Below the pieces are notes generated by a model. It searched no databases. It saw nothing but the letters and a program-made list of their open reading frames with translations, and was not told where the DNA came from. A stretch of DNA of 44,723 bases from the sequence record NC_073316.1. One strand, given 5' to 3'. This stretch comes from Escherichia phage vB_EcoS_fFiEco02. Below are positions 42,978 to 44,723 of the stretch, piece by piece. The position numbers and the translations under genes were made by a program. Position 1 is the first letter of the stretch, and every line of letters starts with the position of its first letter.

Positions 42978-43158
42978 CCGTGAATACGAGAAAGCGTGTG
43001 TAGAAGCGGCGCTCCGCCCCACCGACAACGGCGAATCGGAGATCGCTTGCCTGGACACTATGATTCAGTACTACGCAAATAAGGTTGACCGCCTGATGGA
43101 GCAACGCCGTGAACTGATTAACCGCTTCAACCTGAACAAAGGTGACACCAATGCCTAA
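42970..43158 (+). CDS. hypothetical small protein
   Basis: 62 aa. Confidence 0.4.
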   Translation: MTDREYEKACVEAALRPTDNGESEIACLDTMIQYYANKVDRLMEQRRELINRFNLNKGDTNA

Positions 43159-43390
43159 AATCACAATTGCATCGCTCGAGCGTCGTATCCTGGTGCTCGA
43201 GTCGGAGAAACAGACGTTAGGCGGGCAACTGTCTATCAATGGTGAGTTTCAACTGGAGGCGTTTAAGTTGCTTCTTGATAAGTTGAGGGCGGACGAAAAG
43301 CCTTGTGCGCATGACTACTACTTACATGTGGTTGGCGGGTTACATCGAGCCACGTGCATTAAATGTGGTGAAGCGTATGGAGTCGCCTAA
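43151..43390 (+). CDS. hypothetical protein with C-terminal CxxC/H cluster
   Basis: 79 aa; coiled-coil N-terminus, PCAHDYY…CIKCGEAYG. Confidence 0.4.
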   Translation: MPKITIASLERRILVLESEKQTLGGQLSINGEFQLEAFKLLLDKLRADEKPCAHDYYLHVVGGLHRATCIKCGEAYGVA

Positions 43391-43559
43391 GCCAGTAGTA
43401 ATTGATGGTGTCCTGTGGAAACCCTACTCGGTTGACCACATCGACGCCGACGGGAAGAAGTTTAGCTTCTACATTTTTGCAATTAGCCGTGAGCACGCCG
43501 CTTGTGTGGTCGATGATATACGAGAAACGGCGTGGCTTGGCGATGAGGTAGTGGGGTGA
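43377..43559 (+). CDS. hypothetical small protein
   Basis: 60 aa from the ATG at 43377. Confidence 0.35.
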   Translation: MESPKPVVIDGVLWKPYSVDHIDADGKKFSFYIFAISREHAACVVDDIRETAWLGDEVVG

Positions 43560-43561
43560 TT

Positions 43562-43732
43562 ATGTTCAGTGACATCGACGCAGCAATCGAAGAAGCAATA
43601 TGGCGGCGCTATAACGGCGAGCAACAGCGGCACTTTTGCCTCGTGCAACGCGGTAACATGATTGCCGTAGCGCAGGACCGGGATAACAAATATCCGAATG
43701 CGATGTGGTCAACGAGGAATTTCTTAGGATGA
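43562..43732 (+). CDS. hypothetical small protein (56 aa)
   Basis: below track cutoff; ATGA overlap with the next gene. Confidence 0.3.
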   Translation: MFSDIDAAIEEAIWRRYNGEQQRHFCLVQRGNMIAVAQDRDNKYPNAMWSTRNFLG

Positions 43733-43971
43733 TTACCAGCATTCCTAACCTGATTAAAGAATTCGGCACGATGGCGGAGACATGCCGACAAACTGGCCTC
43801 AACGAAATGACGATTGCTAAGTACAGCAAAGACGTGAAATGTGAGCGCCACGTAATCTATAACAACCGTCTAATGACGCACGTTAAGACAAGCCCGGTAT
43901 TATTCACGCGCCGCGGTATCACTAAAACCGAGCAACGTATTGCTAAAGAGGAGAACGAATGCGGCTACTAA
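43729..43971 (+). CDS. hypothetical protein (possible HTH)
   Basis: 80 aa; segment QTGLNEMTIAKYSKDV is HTH-like. Confidence 0.35.
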   Translation: MITSIPNLIKEFGTMAETCRQTGLNEMTIAKYSKDVKCERHVIYNNRLMTHVKTSPVLFTRRGITKTEQRIAKEENECGY

Positions 43972-44062
43972 TCATCACTAACGTCTGGGCTATCGCTGTA
44001 GCTAACAACCATTACGGCGGCGATGGTAAAAGAGCCCCACGACACGACCTGTATAACTGATA

Positions 44063-44086
44063 CAAGCCCTCTACGGAGGGCTTTTC
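44063..44086 (+). terminator. rho-independent terminator closing the early region
   Basis: hairpin agccctc-tacg-gagggct + tttt. Confidence 0.6.
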
Positions 44087-44101
44087 TGTACATCCCGCCC
44101 A

Positions 44102-44181
44102 ATCCCCTTATATAATCCCTTTAGACGCGTAGGGCGCGTCTGGTGCGCTCTGATGGTCAGACGCATATGCAAGGGGATTAT
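44102..44181 (+). promoter_or_regulatory. candidate late promoter and/or packaging-initiation region upstream of terS
   Basis: TTATATAAT -10-like box with no -35; inverted repeat atataatccc…gggattatat flanking GC-rich palindromes agacgcg-taggg-cgcgtct and gcgtctg…cagacgc. Confidence 0.4.
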
Positions 44182-44723
44182 ATGAAGCTGAAACTCAAGC
44201 AGCCATCGCCAGAGGTGGTGCAAGCTGCACATGAAGAAGCTGTTAGCGCAAACCGTCGCCGTAAACGACCGCGCGGTAAACAGAGCCTTTATCAATCGTC
44301 CCGTAATTCTGCGGCATTGTGGGACCCGGACTATTGCGACGAGTTAATCCGGTTCTTTGACCGCAACTCATGGGAACTCGTACCTACGTCCAAGGGTGAC
44401 GAACGCCCGCTGATTCAGGATAAACCCCCGTCACTGGCCCGCTTCGCCTTACACATCGGCGTAACTATCCCTATTATTAAGCTGTGGTTGCGTGAGATTC
44501 CGGCGTTTGCAGAAGCCTGTGAAACCGCTCAGGCGCTGGAAGAGGCGTATTTCACTGAGACAGGCGCTGCCGGTATCTCCGCTACGTTTGCTGCGGCTAA
44601 GCTGGGCTTAAGCAAAGAGAAACCTGTTGAATCCTCCGAAGAAACTGCGCCGACTGAGATTGTGTTCACCGTAGCGGAGCCGGTAGGTAAAATCGTTACC
44701 ACGAACATGGGTGAGGTAGGGGA
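44182..44723 (+). CDS. terminase small subunit (putative), 3'-partial in window
   Basis: ORF with SD aagggga runs off the window end; joining the ends gives …GEVGE + TGA at positions 2-4 overlapping terL ATG; directly upstream of terL. Confidence 0.5.
   Translation, partial: MKLKLKQPSPEVVQAAHEEAVSANRRRKRPRGKQSLYQSSRNSAALWDPDYCDELIRFFDRNSWELVPTSKGDERPLIQDKPPSLARFALHIGVTIPIIKLWLREIPAFAEACETAQALEEAYFTETGAAGISATFAAAKLGLSKEKPVESSEETAPTEIVFTVAEPVGKIVTTNMGEVG

Noticed and set aside
1-44723. Lysogeny module (integrase, attP, CI-type immunity region) or tRNA genes
   Set aside because: No tyrosine/serine recombinase-like ORF and no tRNA-like cloverleaf were recognised; the XRE and HTH genes alone do not establish a temperate lifestyle.

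Overview
This 44.7 kb window reads as a complete, modular genome of a tailed dsDNA phage (siphovirus-like, probably infecting enterobacteria); this is inferred from gene content and order only, since no search could be run. Layout: (1) + strand late/structural module, 1–25,947: large terminase, portal, head morphogenesis protein, scaffold, major capsid, connector/tail proteins, tail assembly chaperones with a probable -1 frameshift, tape measure, distal tail/tip proteins, and a tailspike with a C-terminal S74-type intramolecular chaperone. (2) - strand replication/recombination module, about 25,980–37,417: SNF2 helicase, VRR-NUC, family A DNA polymerase, putative ssDNA-binding protein, Cas4-like exonuclease, primase-helicase, HTH regulator. 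(3) + strand early region of many small ORFs, 37,897–43,971, containing a holin/second membrane protein/endolysin cassette at 41,265–42,304. (4) A partial small-terminase candidate at 44,182–44,723 that would terminate in a TGA overlapping the terL ATG at positions 1–4 if the ends are joined, so the window is probably a circular or permuted genome opened at terL. The structural module is interrupted by accessory islands: two HNH-AP2 and one GIY-YIG homing-endonuclease-like genes, a spanin pair far from the other lysis genes, and two - strand morons driven by identical promoters, one containing an HTH–Mre11/SbcD-like phosphoesterase. The most unusual signals are (a) two paralogous structured RNA elements, each between a conserved TTGACT-N17-TAAGCT promoter and a terminator, with compensatory base changes in two stems; (b) a GAATAG-N4-CTATTC palindrome in at least eight promoters, suggesting one repressor regulon; (c) a palindrome-rich region with a consensus -10 but no -35 just upstream of terS. 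All functions are inferred from motifs read by eye; coordinates of short elements are approximate to a few bases.
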